Shown here: positions 1 through 22,300 of the stretch, piece after piece | Numbering within the stretch: the stretch's first letter is position 1 | How the letters are laid out: every line of letters starts with the position of its first letter | Assembly (NCBI GenBank): GCA_009602725.1 | Contig: WELB01000004.1 | Span: 958,002 to 1,012,591, forward strand | Length of the DNA stretch: 54,590 nt | Reading direction: 5' to 3' | Source: Spirogloea muscicola | Lineage: Eukaryota | Notes under the pieces: generated by a model | What the model was told of the DNA's origin: nothing | What the model saw: the letters and a program-made list of their open reading frames with translations, nothing else | The model's database searches: none | Program-made: the position numbers and the translations under genes

Positions 1-166
1 AGTGTTAGAATATAGGCATTAGCTCCTTTCGTTATTCTCCATACTATTTTAAGTGTCCCACTTAGGGAAGCACCTGTCGCTTCCAGAGGTGGCTTGCCCG
101 GATCATCAGGGTGACACGTAGACAGATCACACGTGAGAGTATGTGCCTCACACCTGTGGACACATC

Positions 167-254
167 AGCTTAACGGACACCTAGGGCCAGCTCTGCAGCA
201 GGCCCCTGCCCGACTAGCTTAACGGACACCTCGGGCCGGCTCTGCAGCCGGCCC
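167..254. repeat. Two-copy tandem repeat (49-nt period), each unit carrying a GC-rich hairpin
   Basis: agcttaacggacacctagggccagctctgcagcaggccc (167-205) and agcttaacggacacctcgggccggctctgcagccggccc (216-254); the second unit folds GGGCCGGC-loop-GCCGGCCC. Confidence 0.85.
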
Positions 255-481
255 TCCTTGGGCCCCCGGTGGGCAGACCCGCCGGGACCCAGTGTGCCCA
301 TGTGATTCTGCATTCTTTCTATGTAGGCAAAAGGGGGTCGAGTGAGCTCAAGCTTGCTCACTCTAACAGGAGCCACCGTCCTCCTTTTGCCCACCGCTCC
401 TCCTTGCTTGCCAGCGCCCACGCCACCTGCCTTGAGCTGCTGCCGGCCTGCTTCCTGCCGGACCCTGCCGCTATCACCGCC

Positions 482-1130
482 ATGGGCAAGAAGGCTGTCT
501 TTGCCGTGGGCAAGAAGGCGAGGAAGGAGCGCGGCGCTCCATTCAAGAGCACCGCGTCCTCATCGCCTGAGCCTCAAGCTTCTTCACGGCCTGAGCCCCA
601 ACCGAGTGATGGTGAGACTCTGGGTCCTGGGCATTCAGTTAGTCCTAATACGGCACTAACGAATAGCCCAGCTCAACACTCGGACCACCCGGTGGGAGAC
701 GAGTTTGTTCCTCTGGCAGTCGACGTGCACGGAGCCTTTGGCTCGAAATGGCTTGACTTGCTCCACCGCCTTGCGTGGCGTGCAGCGGCCCGCCCCCTCG
801 GGCAGCAGGGCGAGCAGCCCGGCTTCAACGGGCTGCTCGCCGGGTCCCTCGCTCAAATCTTCCGAATGCGTTTGGCCATCTCGATGCAGCGACCACTTGC
901 CTTCGCGGTTCACTTGCGCGCAGGCCGAGCTTTGGCGGCGGCCTCCGGCTTCCGTCAGGGCGACGGCTTTCCGCCGGCTAGCTACTCAGACTTTGCATCT
1001 CTTGACTGGAGGTTACTGAGCGTTCCCTGGCTGCTGTCTTAGTCCTAGTCCTTCGCACTCCGGCTCCTTCGGACCTTGTCCAATGCTTTGGGCTGTCCTT
1101 CCCAGCCACCAGTCAATTTGGCCGCGCTTC
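482..1130 (+). mobile_element. RLE (CRE-like) non-LTR retroelement relic: ORF C-terminus plus 3' UTR, joined in frame to a short basic N-terminal segment
   Basis: ORF 269-1042 ends DHPVGDEFVPLAVDVHGAFG...RMRLAISMQR...ASGFRQGDGFPPASYSD, homologous to ORFs at 26049-26650 and 40293-41096; followed by the shared 3' motif ggaccttgtcc...gggctg-cagcc at about 1070-1130. Confidence 0.75.
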
Positions 1131-1134
1131 CTAC

Positions 1135-1390
1135 CTGAAGCCTGTGAAAAGCCAGCCCGAAAAGAATTGACTAGGTTCGAAGGGCCAAATGACGGATGGG
1201 CCTAAAGCACTTAGCAGCTACGAAGGGGCCTGGAGATGCTATGTCAGAACTGGGGGAGGATGGACCACTCAGTAGTTACGAGTGAGAAGCCTCAAATCCG
1301 GACCAGCTGCCGGAAAACTATCCCCCTGACGGAAGCTGGAGGCCGCACCAAGAGCACGCAGATGCAAGGCATGGGCCAGGGACCGCACGG
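1135..1390 (-). mobile_element. 3' fragment of a related RLE retroelement, tail-to-tail with the previous copy
   Basis: Reverse strand encodes a degenerate RSLAHALHLRA..ASSFRQGDSFPAA.DLRLLTRNY* and a 3' UTR resembling 27047-27212, with gggctggcttttcacagg. Confidence 0.75.
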
Positions 1391-2073
1391 TCAGGTCATG
1401 GTTCAGAATTACTAGGTGGTTGGTCCCCCCCTATCGCGTACCTGGTCGTTCAGCTGACGTGATACTCCGATTTATGGTGACCTTGAATGTTGCGTACTTC
1501 CACAAATGCTGGTCAGTGGCGCCGAGCAGCCTTGCCGCGTGGGCGGGTCAATCTGCTGTAGGTTATGTAGGTCTTCAGATGTGCTTGCCTTCGTACTTAG
1601 CCAATTGGCCTTCATTCGTTTCAAATACACGAGATTTCCCTTGCCACGCCGCTGCCATAGTGGCTCGTGGGAAAACTGGAGTCTGTTGAGTGCTGGAAGG
1701 GCTGAGTGGCCAAGTACAAAGGCAAGCCCATGGCAGGGCCCCAGAGCAATCCCGCAGGCGCCACTGGCTTCCTCACTTACAGCCGCTCTTGCAGGCTGTC
1801 TGCCGCTATGCTAAGGCAGGACCACCGTAGTGGTGCCTCCTGCAGCAGCACAACATGGCAAATTATGGGAAATGCAACTGGCTCTGTCAGTGGCAGCGAG
1901 CGTCCAAATCAAACTTGACCTCATGAGGCGACTGCTCGAGCAACCCATGCTTGCTGCACAACTGCGGCTTCATTGTCGCGAAATATCAGGACAGTTGTCG
2001 CGCGTGACATTCTGTGGTCTTGCTTCCAGCATACCGGCACGAGGTGGTCAATAGATGGCCTGCGCGGCGGACT

Positions 2074-3332
2074 TCACGGCAGCGGTCGGTCCGAGTTGAT
2101 GGCGCGCCCCACCTCGGATTGCACAGTATTGTCAGCATAGCGCTGGTACGTAGCTTGCAGCCGCTCAGGGTCTGCCAGCGTCGCGCGTACGCTCGGCCGC
2201 TCCTTCACGGCCGCGAGCCACCAGTTGAAGCGCTGGAACTCCGTCGTCTCAGGCACCCTGCCAGAAGCAAAACACAGGCGCATATATGCGCTGCAAGATC
2301 AGGGGACTTGCAACAGTCTGCCAGTGGGCTAATTGCGAATTAGATAGCTGTGCTCAAGGGGCACATCAATGCTTTTGCACTGTGTGCTTTGCATGCCGAA
2401 CATCTGAGTGACGAAGCAGAAGATGGAATGATTGGTTTACTGGGAGCCGCCAACCTGAAGCCTCGGTAGTGCATGAGGACGTGATCGCGCACTGCCCATG
2501 GTGTGAGGACAACGTCGGCAAGCGTGAAGTCCTTGCCCATGAAGTAGGGTTCCTCAGGGTCAAGCTCCGACATGGCCGCCGACAGCTCTTTGTAGTGCTG
2601 CAGCAGCTCGCGCCCAGCCTCTGCCTGCTTCTCAGCATCCTGGAACTGCAGAAATCTGAAACGCCACTGCCACCGTCAGTACTGACCTGCAGCCCGCTGG
2701 TGCCGTCAGCGGAGCAGCCGTCAAACTGGGCTCGGCGCTGAGCTGCAAGCCCTGAGTTGCTGGCTGGCTGCATAGTGGGAGCGCGCTCGCGCTCACCTGT
2801 AGAAGGTGGGCACAAGCTTCTTGTTGACATAGTCCATCCAGATTCGAGCAACGGCGCGTGAGAAGGGTTCACTTGGCAGCAGCTGGCGGCCCTCAAACGC
2901 CTCGTCGATGTACTCCATGAGCACCATGGACTCGTAGAGCCCGTGGCCACGGTGCTCTAGCGACGGCACAAGGCCGCGCGGGTTCACAGCCATAAGCTCC
3001 GGCGGCTTGGCGTATGGGTCGACCTCAACATATTCGTAGGGGACGCCCTTCTCCTCGAGCGCAATCCACGCGCGCTGCGCAAAGGGGCAGAACCACGCGC
3101 AGAAGAGCTTCGGCTTGTCGCCCTCGCTGGCCTCCGTGGAGGCAGCGGCAGTGGCGGGGTCGCTCATCATCCTGACGGTGGTCCAAGGCTGCGCTCCGAT
3201 CACACGGGGCACCTGTTGGGGGCGGTGCAAGGCCCAAGCAGCGGAGCGGGACGGGGTGGAAATAGTAGCTGCAGCGGTGGTTGCGACTATGGCGGCTCGG
3301 TGGAGAGCCGAGGAGAAGGGCAGGGGATGCAT
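2074..3332 (-). CDS. Glutathione S-transferase, cysteinyl (omega/lambda-like), with putative organellar transit peptide; 3 exons (3332-2797, 2655-2455, 2257-2074)
   Basis: WFCPFAQRAWIALEEKG, NPRGLVPSL, LYESMVLMEYIDE and FTLADVVLTPW motifs; GT-AG introns give one continuous frame; Ala/Ser-rich N-terminus. Confidence 0.9.
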
Positions 3333-3481
3333 CACTGGCGACGCAGCTGCCAGCAGATTGCGTGTGGCGGGCGGAGGTGAGCGACTTCAACCCTCTAAAG
3401 CGAGACAGCTAGTGGAGAGGGGTTGGAACTAGAGGGAGAGAGCGAAGGAGACCGTGAGAGGAAGAGAGAGAAGAGGGGGGN

Positions 3482-3670
3482 CGAGCGCCTGGTCCTTGGC
3501 CGACAGCCACGGCACGAGCAGCGTGACGCGCTGCTTGCCCGCCTTGGCCAGGTACGCGGCGCGCAGCAGCGGGTTGACGGCCGTGCCCGTCATCCAGGGC
3601 AGGCTGGCGGTGGTGACGATCGCGACGCGGCGGCGCTCCTCCCCCTCCTCCTCCCCCTCCTCGGGGACGG
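3482..3670 (-). CDS. DGD: Digalactosyldiacylglycerol synthase (DGD, GT4), N-terminal fragment only, truncated at the single-N join 3481
   Basis: [30 protein letters not shown]...VTLLVPWLS is the diagnostic N-terminal motif of the plant DGD1/DGD2 catalytic domain; the rest of the gene is absent. Confidence 0.85.
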
Positions 3671-3779
3671 TCCGGCGGCGGCGGCGGCGGCGGCGGCGGT
3701 CGCCGCCTAGGGTCCGGCAGAACGCCGCCCTGTGGGGAGCGCGGCGGCGCAGCGGCGGCGCCGCCGCTGCGAGGAGGGG

Positions 3780-13082
<9,303 letters not shown>

Positions 13083-13484
13083 CGGCCCCTACTCCCTGCA
13101 AGCGCTTCTGCATTTATGGTAAAACTTCTTAAAATGAGCAAGCCAAAGAGAAGGCAATGCTTCTGTTGAACAAGGGACACCACAGAGGCAGGCACGCTCA
13201 CCAATTTCATCACCCTGGCGAACTTTCACTGGTCTCTCTGGGCTGTGCCCTTGCTGCAGTGCTCGAGGCTCTCGAATAATATACAACAAATATGTACAGG
13301 GAAGTAAGCAGCCCGGTGCAAACTGTTACCCGGCAGCTTAGCGCTGAAATGCTCGGCGCAGTCAGAGCTGTCCGCACCATTGCAAGTGCAGCTGCGCTGT
13401 GCGTGGCTTTGAAGGTAGTCAGGAGTAAGGTTTGAGTGATTGTCATAATATTCACAGAAGCCCAACGACATCGCCACATTTGAC

Positions 13485-15504
13485 TCAATGCCGGAAGGCC
13501 TTGACGACCTGGTCAATGTGCCGCCGGCAGAGTGGGCACTGTGAGAGGTGCGACGTGCAGCCGATGCAGCAGCACATGTGGCCGCACCTGGCAGCAGGAG
13601 TCACATAAGAGGAACCTAGTGAGCGAGGCGGCAGGGTGAAGTAGTGACATAACCAGCTGCAAGGCTGGTCTATGAGAGGGTAAACTCCAAATAATAAGAA
13701 AATTGAGCTGAATAGAAGGAATAAGGTTAGTACAGGGTCTAGGAGTGGGGCTTCAGGATCTTGACATCGGACTCTGCTTACGGGATGATGACGGCGTTGT
13801 AGCGCTGCTCCAGGCAGATGACGCAGAGGTCTGGCGTGGCGCCGCCATTGCTGGCGACGCCGGAAGCGGGCGGCACTGCCCCCCGCCCTCCGCCACTGCT
13901 GTCGGCCTTCACCTCGTCCGCCGCCAGGCTCTGATGAGCCTCTGCAGCGTCTGCCGGCGCCGTCGCAGCCGCTTGTGTCCCCTCCTCCTCAGCTGAGTTT
14001 TGTAAAGTGTATGGCAGCATACAAACGACCAAGTTCAGTAATAGCAAAAGGTTGAGAAGAGGCAGAAGATTGCCTCAATCAGCAGCAAGAGCCTGATCAC
14101 CACCAGCGTAGAGCAGAATCTGCCTACTGTTGGCTGAGCGGCGTACTTTGACTGCTGCGAGGGGGCAAGGACAGGCTCGCTGCTCGGCTGGCCGCAGTCT
14201 CGATCACGCTGCCGTCAAGGAGGCAGGTCGATGTTGGAGCGTCAGCAACTTGGCTCATGGCAGCGAACATGAGAGGCCAGCAAGACCTTGCGGCTGGATG
14301 CAGCAGCAGCTACGTCGGCACCGGCGTCTGCGCTCACCGCTGGTGCAGGACGGCCATGCGGCGGCGCTCCAGCAGCCGGTGCACCGCCTGGGCGGCGAGC
14401 GCGTACAGGCCGAGCACGGTGCACGCGGCCGAGAGCCAGTTGTAGCACCGCGACCACTTGCCGAGCGTGGTGATGAGCTGGTCGAGGCTCTTCGGCGAAA
14501 CGTGGAACGGCCCCCGCTGCGGCCGCTGCAGCCGCACTGCCCCCCGGTCGTCCTTGAGCGCCTCGCCGACGACGGTGAGTGACGTGCCGATGGGCAGCAG
14601 CCGCTCCACGCGCTTCACGCCCAGCATCTGCGCAGCTCGAGCCGAATCTCACAACCGGCTCCACTGCAGCCGCCCTCAAGGCTGGCATGGCTGCAACACT
14701 CTCGGCCATGGCCCCACCTTGAGGCCCTGGAGGTAGTCGAGGGTGCCGCGCACGAGCGAGCGGCCCGACTCCTCAAACTCCTCGCTCGCGACGGTGAGCT
14801 CCAGGCCCAGAGCGCCGCGCGCGCCCACCACCAGAGCGCGCCCAGTGCCGTCCTCCTACAAGCGCCGGCAGCAAGCTGGCACTCAGCAAGCAAGCGGGGC
14901 AGGCTGTGGTGGCAAAGGTGGTGTGGCTCGGCTGGCAAGAGCGGGGAATGGAGGAGGAGGGAGAGAAGGAGGGAGGGGGGGCCGGCGCGCACGAGGTACC
15001 ACGGGACCTCGCGAGAGGTCGAGAGCATGAGCGCGGAGTCCTGCACCCACGACCCCGCGTCGCTGTGCTTGAGGAAGTGCTGCTCCACCTGCGCACCGCA
15101 CATCGCCGCCATCGCCAATGCCCGCCGCAGTCAGCGGCGCCGCCGCGGCAGCAGTGGGTGCACAAGGGGCCGAGGAGCGGGAGCGCGGGGCTTGCCGTCT
15201 CCTCGAGGATAACGCCCCGGAGGCTGCCGAGGTGCGACGTGATGGGGTGCTCGGCGCCGACGCGGCCGGCGACGGTGACGAGCACCGGCACGCCGCCGCC
15301 GCAGCCGCCGTCCTTGGCGCCCTCCTCCAGCAGCTCGGCTGTCGCAAACGAGAAAATTGGCAGTGCGTAGCCGTCAGTACATCGCCGCCGAGGCTGCCAA
15401 AGCCAATTGAGAGGATAGCGGCGGCACCGGGAGCTGCTGGAGGGCCCTCACCGAGCTCCCGCAGCTGGCCCACCTTGCGCATGCCCCGCAGCGTCACCAC
15501 GTCT
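13485..15504 (-). CDS. SP1: GIDE-domain RING E3 ubiquitin ligase of the SP1/MUL1 family; 5' end lost in the N gap
   Basis: VEQHFLKHSDAGSWVQDSALMLS..EVPWYL, MLGVKRVERLLPIGTSLTVVGEA, PDLCVICLEQRYNAV..P, and last exon CGHMCCC..C..HL.QCPLCRRHIDQVVKAFRH*. Confidence 0.9.
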
Positions 15505-15617
15505 CTGCGAGCGCGAGGAGCGAGCGGCGGAAGTAGTGGGTGAGGAGGACCGGTGCAAGGGAGAGAGGGAGGGAGGGAGGGAGGGAGGGAGTGAGAGAGG
15601 TAGGGAGGGAGGGGAGG

Positions 15618-16240
15618 NNNNNNNNNNNNNNNNNNNNNNNNNNNNNNNNNNNNNNNNNNNNNNNNNNNNNNNNNNNNNNNNNNNNNNNNNNNNNNNNNNN
15701 NNNNNNNNNNNNNNNNNNNNNNNNNNNNNNNNNNNNNNNNNNNNNNNNNNNNNNNNNNNNNNNNNNNNNNNNNNNNNNNNNNNNNNNNNNNNNNNNNNNN
15801 NNNNNNNNNNNNNNNNNNNNNNNNNNNNNNNNNNNNNNNNNNNNNNNNNNNNNNNNNNNNNNNNNNNNNNNNNNNNNNNNNNNNNNNNNNNNNNNNNNNN
15901 NNNNNNNNNNNNNNNNNNNNNNNNNNNNNNNNNNNNNNNNNNNNNNNNNNNNNNNNNNNNNNNNNNNNNNNNNNNNNNNNNNNNNNNNNNNNNNNNNNNN
16001 NNNNNNNNNNNNNNNNNNNNNNNNNNNNNNNNNNNNNNNNNNNNNNNNNNNNNNNNNNNNNNNNNNNNNNNNNNNNNNNNNNNNNNNNNNNNNNNNNNNN
16101 NNNNNNNNNNNNNNNNNNNNNNNNNNNNNNNNNNNNNNNNNNNNNNNNNNNNNNNNNNNNNNNNNNNNNNNNNNNNNNNNNNNNNNNNNNNNNNNNNNNN
16201 NNNNNNNNNNNNNNNNNNNNNNNNNNNNNNNNNNNNNNNN
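15618..16240. other. Assembly gap covering the SP1/ValRS divergent promoter and both 5' ends
   Basis: Run of N flanked by (GGAG)n and (GCG)n simple repeats. Confidence 0.95.
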
Positions 16241-16397
16241 NGGGCGGCGGCGGCGGCGGCGGCGACGGCGGCGGCGGCGGCGGCGAGTGATGGCGGCCCG
16301 GTGCGCCGACGCAAGGCCTCCCCGCGCTTGCGCCCTCCTCGTATTAACGGCGCGCCGCAGCGCTGGTCGGCGTCGGCGGCGGCGGCGGCGTCGCCAG

Positions 16398-19300
16398 GTG
16401 GGAGAGGCAGGGCTTCTTCAAGCCGAGCCCGGACGCCGCTGGGGAGCCGTTCGTGGTCATGATGCCGCCGCCGAACGTCACGGGCGCGCTGCACATGGGC
16501 CACTCCATGTTTGTCACGCTGGAGGTGCAGGCCGCGCCCCGGCCTTCCCGAGTGGCTGTTTCGGTTTGCGTTAGTCCAAGGCGCCTCCTGCGCGCTGGCT
16601 ACTGCTTCTGTCGGTCAGTGACATTAGTAGGAATTCAATTTAATGCATGAATGCATGAATTCCTAAACCCTAAACCCTAAACACCCTAGATTATAACCGT
16701 AATCCCTTAGATGATCCAGCACTAATGCCTAGAATCAAGGCTGAGGCCTAAAACCTAGAACCTTAAAATAAACCCTTCAAACCCTTAAGTGTTCCAGCAC
16801 CAATGCCAGCAATTAGGGCTGAGGCGCCAGGGCTTAACGTCTGCGTCTGCACTTATCTAAACCGAAACCCTCGAGAAACCCTGTGCCAGAGACGCAGTCT
16901 AGAACCCTTTGCTCGTCCAGTCGTGCAGGACATCATGACACGGCATTGGCGGATGAGGGGCCGTCCCACGCTGTGGCTTCCTGGCACGGACCATGCGGGC
17001 ATTGCGACTCAGGTACCATGATCCCTACTTGGATCGGCAATGCACACCTGCACAATGAGCTCTGGATTCCAGTCTAAAACCCACAGCTCCATGCAATCAG
17101 AGTAGAAAATCTGGCCGCTATCTGCTGCACACTCAGCTTGCTGCCTCAGCTTCTGACCTGAAGTGTCAATTAGCCTTCAGCCCGTCGGACTGGTCAAAAT
17201 TCAGTTAAACAAGCACCCTGTATTTTGACTAGCCCAAGAATCCAGCTTTACAAATGTCTCGGTGGTACGCAACAGCTGGTCGTGGAGAAGATGCTGGCTG
17301 CAGAGGGCACGAGCAGGGCAGACCTCGGCCGTGAGGAATTCAATCGCCGAGCGTGGCAGTGGAAAGCCAAGTGCACAGCCTGCCCTCGCTCCTGCGACCT
17401 CATTGCATGACCTGCTGCCGCTTTTTGGAAGTTGCGCCTCCAGGTGTCAGGCAGCGTCTAGTGTACACCTCTAAGAGCCTGTGCTCCTTGTTCATCTCAG
17501 AGGGATTGCATCCTCGTCTCTCAATGGTCATATCTGCAAGCGAGTGCTGTCTTAGTGGGGGTGTGCTGGTCTTGCATTGTGCAGGTACGGGGGGGCCATC
17601 ACCACCCAGCTGCGAAGGTTGGGTGCCTCCTGCGACTGGACCAGGGAGCGCTTCACTCTGGACGAGCAGCTCAGCAGTGCGCCTTCGCTGCCTCACTTCC
17701 ATGCGTCTTTGTACAAAGCAGAAGCTGGATCATTTTACACGTACTTATGCATTCTGCTTGCGCTAGGACACAACAGTACTGATTCATCGAAATAGGATCA
17801 ACCCCTAAGTTTCATTTTGTTTACTTGCAGTTGCTTGTGTGGAAGTATTCCATGTACTTATGTATGGATGCTTTACAGACGCTCCCCTACCCACAAGCCA
17901 TTGCCCAATAGTAGCCTTCCCATCAACCTACTATCAAACAGCTCTAGACCTACCCCATAATCTCAGAACTTTTGGCGCACTTTCTTTGAGATCGCAGGAG
18001 CTGTTGTTGAGGCCTTCGTGAGTCTGCACGACAAGGGCCTCATCTACCGCGGTACCATAGCTCTGCATTCCTGCCTGTCTTACAACAGATTCTTTGGTCA
18101 ATCTAGTGTGGTATCCGTTGTGGATCTTGGGGCACTAAGTGTAACCAGCAATGCGAGCCATGAGAGATGCCTCTTGCTTCTCAGCAAGTATGAGCATAAG
18201 AGTTTTGCCACTTGAAACATCTCAATTGTGTTATGTCAGGCAGCTATTTGGTGAATTGGTCGCCGAATCTTCAGACAGCTGTGTCAGACCTGGTGAGTTT
18301 TGAATTCTAGCATATTGCAAGTTTCTAGCGATGTGCACTCAGCAACATGAAAGCAACTATAGGAAGGACGATTGCAGAGGCTCTAACCTGCTCAGTCTGA
18401 CAGTAACAAGCAAATTGTTGGACACACGTGATACTCAAGCCCTTTCATATGCAGGCTGCAGTCTGTCTGCATTCTGCTGCTCTGCACTTGACTCACTCTG
18501 GTCTTTCACCTCTTACTGACATCAGGAGGTTGAGTACTCTGAAGAGCCTGGCAAGCTGTACTTCTTGAAGTACCCTTTGGCTGACAGTAGGTATAGTTTG
18601 GTGCTCTCCCACTCTTGTCCCCAACAGGGCATGCAATGCTTACTGAGTTGAACGGAGTTCAAGCATCCCAACAAATATAAGGGTTGGTCAGATTATCAAA
18701 CCATACACCGCTGTGCCTTGTCAATTAAAAGCTCAAGGGTCATCAGTTGTTTTTTTGATGTCTGGAAGCCTGCTCATGGTCATCCGACTTGATGTTACCA
18801 ATGGCAAGCCAGCGGTGACCACCTTCCTGTGGCAACTACACGACCAGAGACTTTGCTTGGCGATACGGCAGTTGCAGTGCATCCTGAGGTACTGTCAAAC
18901 TTACACCATATGCTTATGTGCTCATAGAAATTACAGCGTCATACCAGATGCATTTGTCAGGTCAATATGCTATGTCTAGTGCTTCTTTTGAGCCTGGTAC
19001 TTCATCTGCATGTTCTTTGCGGCAATTGACCATTGCCCTCTCGAAGCACTCTGCACATACACACCTTCGACATAGAATATATATGTAGCTCTGCGTACAA
19101 AGTGCAACTTGAAATTCTAGCACGACGCTCGTCGCTACGCTCCGCAGGATGAACGATATGCACGCTTTGTCGGCAAGAAGGCTATCGTGCCTTGTAGTGG
19201 TGGTCGGGAGGTTCCTGTCATTGCTGATGAGGTACGTAGAAGCAACTACCCCCCATGTCAAACTCAATGTATAAGCTGCAACAGATTGCTCAGCTAGTGG

Positions 19301-22300
19301 GTGCATCAGGCCCAAGCTTACAGCTCGCTGAGTGTCTTCAAGCAGTATGTGGAGCGGGAGTTTGGCACGGGGGCCTTGAAGATTACGCCTGGTCATGACC
19401 CAAACGACTACGCCATTGGGCAGAAGCTGGGGCTGCCCACCATCAACATCATGAACAAGGACGGAAGCCTCAATGAGAATGCAGGTGCATATAGGTCAGT
19501 GCTGCTTGTTCCCTGGCAAGTTAGTAGCACCCCCTTACTATATGGCCCATGCCAGAAGCCTAGATTAAACTTTTCCTTATACTTGCCAAGTAGCACTTAG
19601 GGGCCACGCTTCTGTTGAGACAAGTAAAGCAGCTCCCTCCTGACTTTAGGATCATTGCGTCCTCAGAGGAATGGACAGGTTTGAAGCTAGGAAGAAGATT
19701 TGGCAGGACTTGGAGGCCGAGGGCTTAGCCATCAAAGCCGAGCCCTACAATGCCCGTGTGCCTCGCTCTCAGCGTGGCGGAGAGGTGAATGCCTCTTGCC
19801 TGTATCCAAGAGGTTATTTATGCATAAGATAGCTGTCAGCAGATGCATCCTAAGTTATGTCACTCAGAAGTGTAGGAGGGCAGCTCTTCATGTCACATCA
19901 CTACATTGCAACACGTAAGCACTCAAGCACCAATTTCTGTATCCAGGTTGTGGAGCCTCTGGTCAGCAAGCAGTGGTTTGTGAGGATGCAGCCTCTGGCA
20001 GAGCCAGCACTCCAGGCTCTTCAGAGTCAGGCTCTCAGGATAGTCCCTGATCGTTTTGAGAAGGTACTCTATAGGGCTTTGGTTTGCAGAGAAGATGGAG
20101 CATTATCAGACATGTTACACAAAGCTTGACAAGGATAGCTAAGGTCATCAGCTCACAAAACACATGGAAGCTTGAAGTGGTCCTTACATTTACTTATGGC
20201 TTGCCTATGCTGACACGATGTAAGGAGACATGGTCATAAGCAGATGTAAGCCTGATACTAGCTGTGCTCTTGACGTCCTCGCAGGTCTACAATTTCTGGC
20301 TTGAGAACATCAAGGACTGGTGCATCAGCAGGCAGCTGTGGTGGGGGCATCGCATTCCGGTGTGGTACGTGCAAGCTGGCGATGATGCTGTGAGTGGCGA
20401 AGGCATGGTGAGCAGCACCGATGGTTTGGAAGTGGGTACGAACGGTGTTGAAGAACAATTCGTGGTCGCACGTGACGAAGCAGAAGCATACAGAAAGGCG
20501 GAGCAGAAGTTTGGGAAAGGCGTAAGGCTCCGTCAGGACCCTGACGTTCTTGACACGTGGTTCTCAAGGTACTTCAGTGACTAGCCTGACTATGAGCTCC
20601 AACTTACGAAAGCTGAGCCGACTTGCTGAAGCTGAAATGGGCATGTGTCCTATGGGTCTACTTTCCAGCATCTTTCACAAAATGTGTCTCTCCTGGAATT
20701 TGTGCCATTTGAGTTCAGCTTTCAGAGCTGGACAATACTTTTCTCAGTGTCGGGTTGTATGTGTATGTCTTTGACATGCTTCATGCATAGCTGTGCACAC
20801 TAGCAGCAGGGCCTCACTGGAACCTCACTGCCTTCTGTATTTTGCAGCGGCCTCTGGCCCTTCAGCACCTTGGGGTGGCCCGACGACTCAGCAGAGGACC
20901 TCTCGAGATTTTATCCTACCTCTATTCTTGAGACAGGGTAAGGGACCACATACTGATGTTAGGGGCGTCAGCAACTCACAGGTGAACGGGCTCCTTGTGA
21001 CAATGCATACACAGCAGCGCCAACTGTGACCCCTGTGCGTACTCGAATTGAGCTTAAGAGAATAGCATATGAGGGTTGAAAACACCTGGGGCTGCTGTTC
21101 ATGGTGTCCAGCCATGACATCCTCTTCTTCTGGGTGGCCCGGATGATCATGATGGGCATTGAGTTCACCGGAAGGCTCCCCTTCCACACAGTCTATCTCC
21201 ATGGACTCGTTCGAGATGCTCAGGTGACAACCATGCATTCAACAGTCAGGAGAGGTCATGTCATCTAGCTTCCTACTATTTCTAAGCAGAGCTACTGATT
21301 GTGAGATGCGTGCGAATGAGTCTTGGTGAATTATGTTATTTTGGCGCATGTGCTTCCATTCTGAGATTATCTTTAGCTTTTGCAAAAAAATTTATTTGCT
21401 GCCAGGGGCGCCTTTTGTGCAGCAAGTCTATTATGACTTGTTGCTCTTCCCTTACACATCAGCATGCTGAAATTCAAGCCCGTTTGATGACGCCCGTTAG
21501 TTTTGTGACCTTGCAGGGCCGGAAAATGTCAAAAACACTGGGCAATGTCATTGATCCTGTGGACACTATCAAAGATTATGGCACTGATGCACTGCGTTAC
21601 ACGCTGGCGACGGGCACAACACCTGGACAGGTACGTCTTGCTGCCTTATGCTCTTTGCAACCATTCAGTTGCTGATCCCTCTCACTTCATAACCTTGTCT
21701 ACCACCTATGGCCAACAAGCTGTCAGTGAGCTTATGTTGCACTTGGTATCGGCGTTCTCGTCATGAAGGACTGAAACAGCCCAGAGGCTGCAGCAGATCG
21801 TCCAATCTATCTTGCCTTTGTGGACGTGTGTGCTCTGCAGGACGTCAATCTCTCCATGGAAAGGTTAGGTGCAAACAAGGCATTCATCAACAAGATTTGG
21901 AATGCTGGCAAATTCATCATGCTGAATTTACCATCTCCTTCTGACAGCAGCGCCTGGTCTGCATTGGCTAATAGTCATGTCAGTGCAACTCTCTCAAGAT
22001 GTGCCATTCACTGCCTGCAGAGCATTATGTGCTAAGATCATGCTGCTGCTTGGACACTCTCAAAGACCTTTCGTACTCTTAACCTGCTACTAGTGATTTT
22101 ACTTTATGGAGCATGAGCATGGCCATGTATGTCAATATTCTGCTTGTTGTTGTCTTGCAGTTCAACACGAACGACTCTCTGCAAACGCTGCCCCTTGCAG
22201 AACGCTGGGTGGTGAGATTGATCCCAAACAAACTGTGGACATCCACCATGGAGCACGGTGTGTTGTTTTTGTCAGCACTGCGTGGCCCGCCACAAATTGT

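Noticed and set aside
1400..2070. Short ORFs downstream of the GST and a ~20-nt match (tggccaagtacaaaggcaa) to 39878-39896
   Set aside because: No coding signal, and the match is too short to interpret; it may be another repeat remnant.
3409..3481. DGD-GST fusion or DGD pseudogene
   Set aside because: DGD stops exactly at a single-N contig join next to a GA-rich repeat, so missing sequence is the simpler explanation.
15448..16574. Long ORFs spanning the N gaps (also 30436-32026)
   Set aside because: Artefacts of translating N runs.
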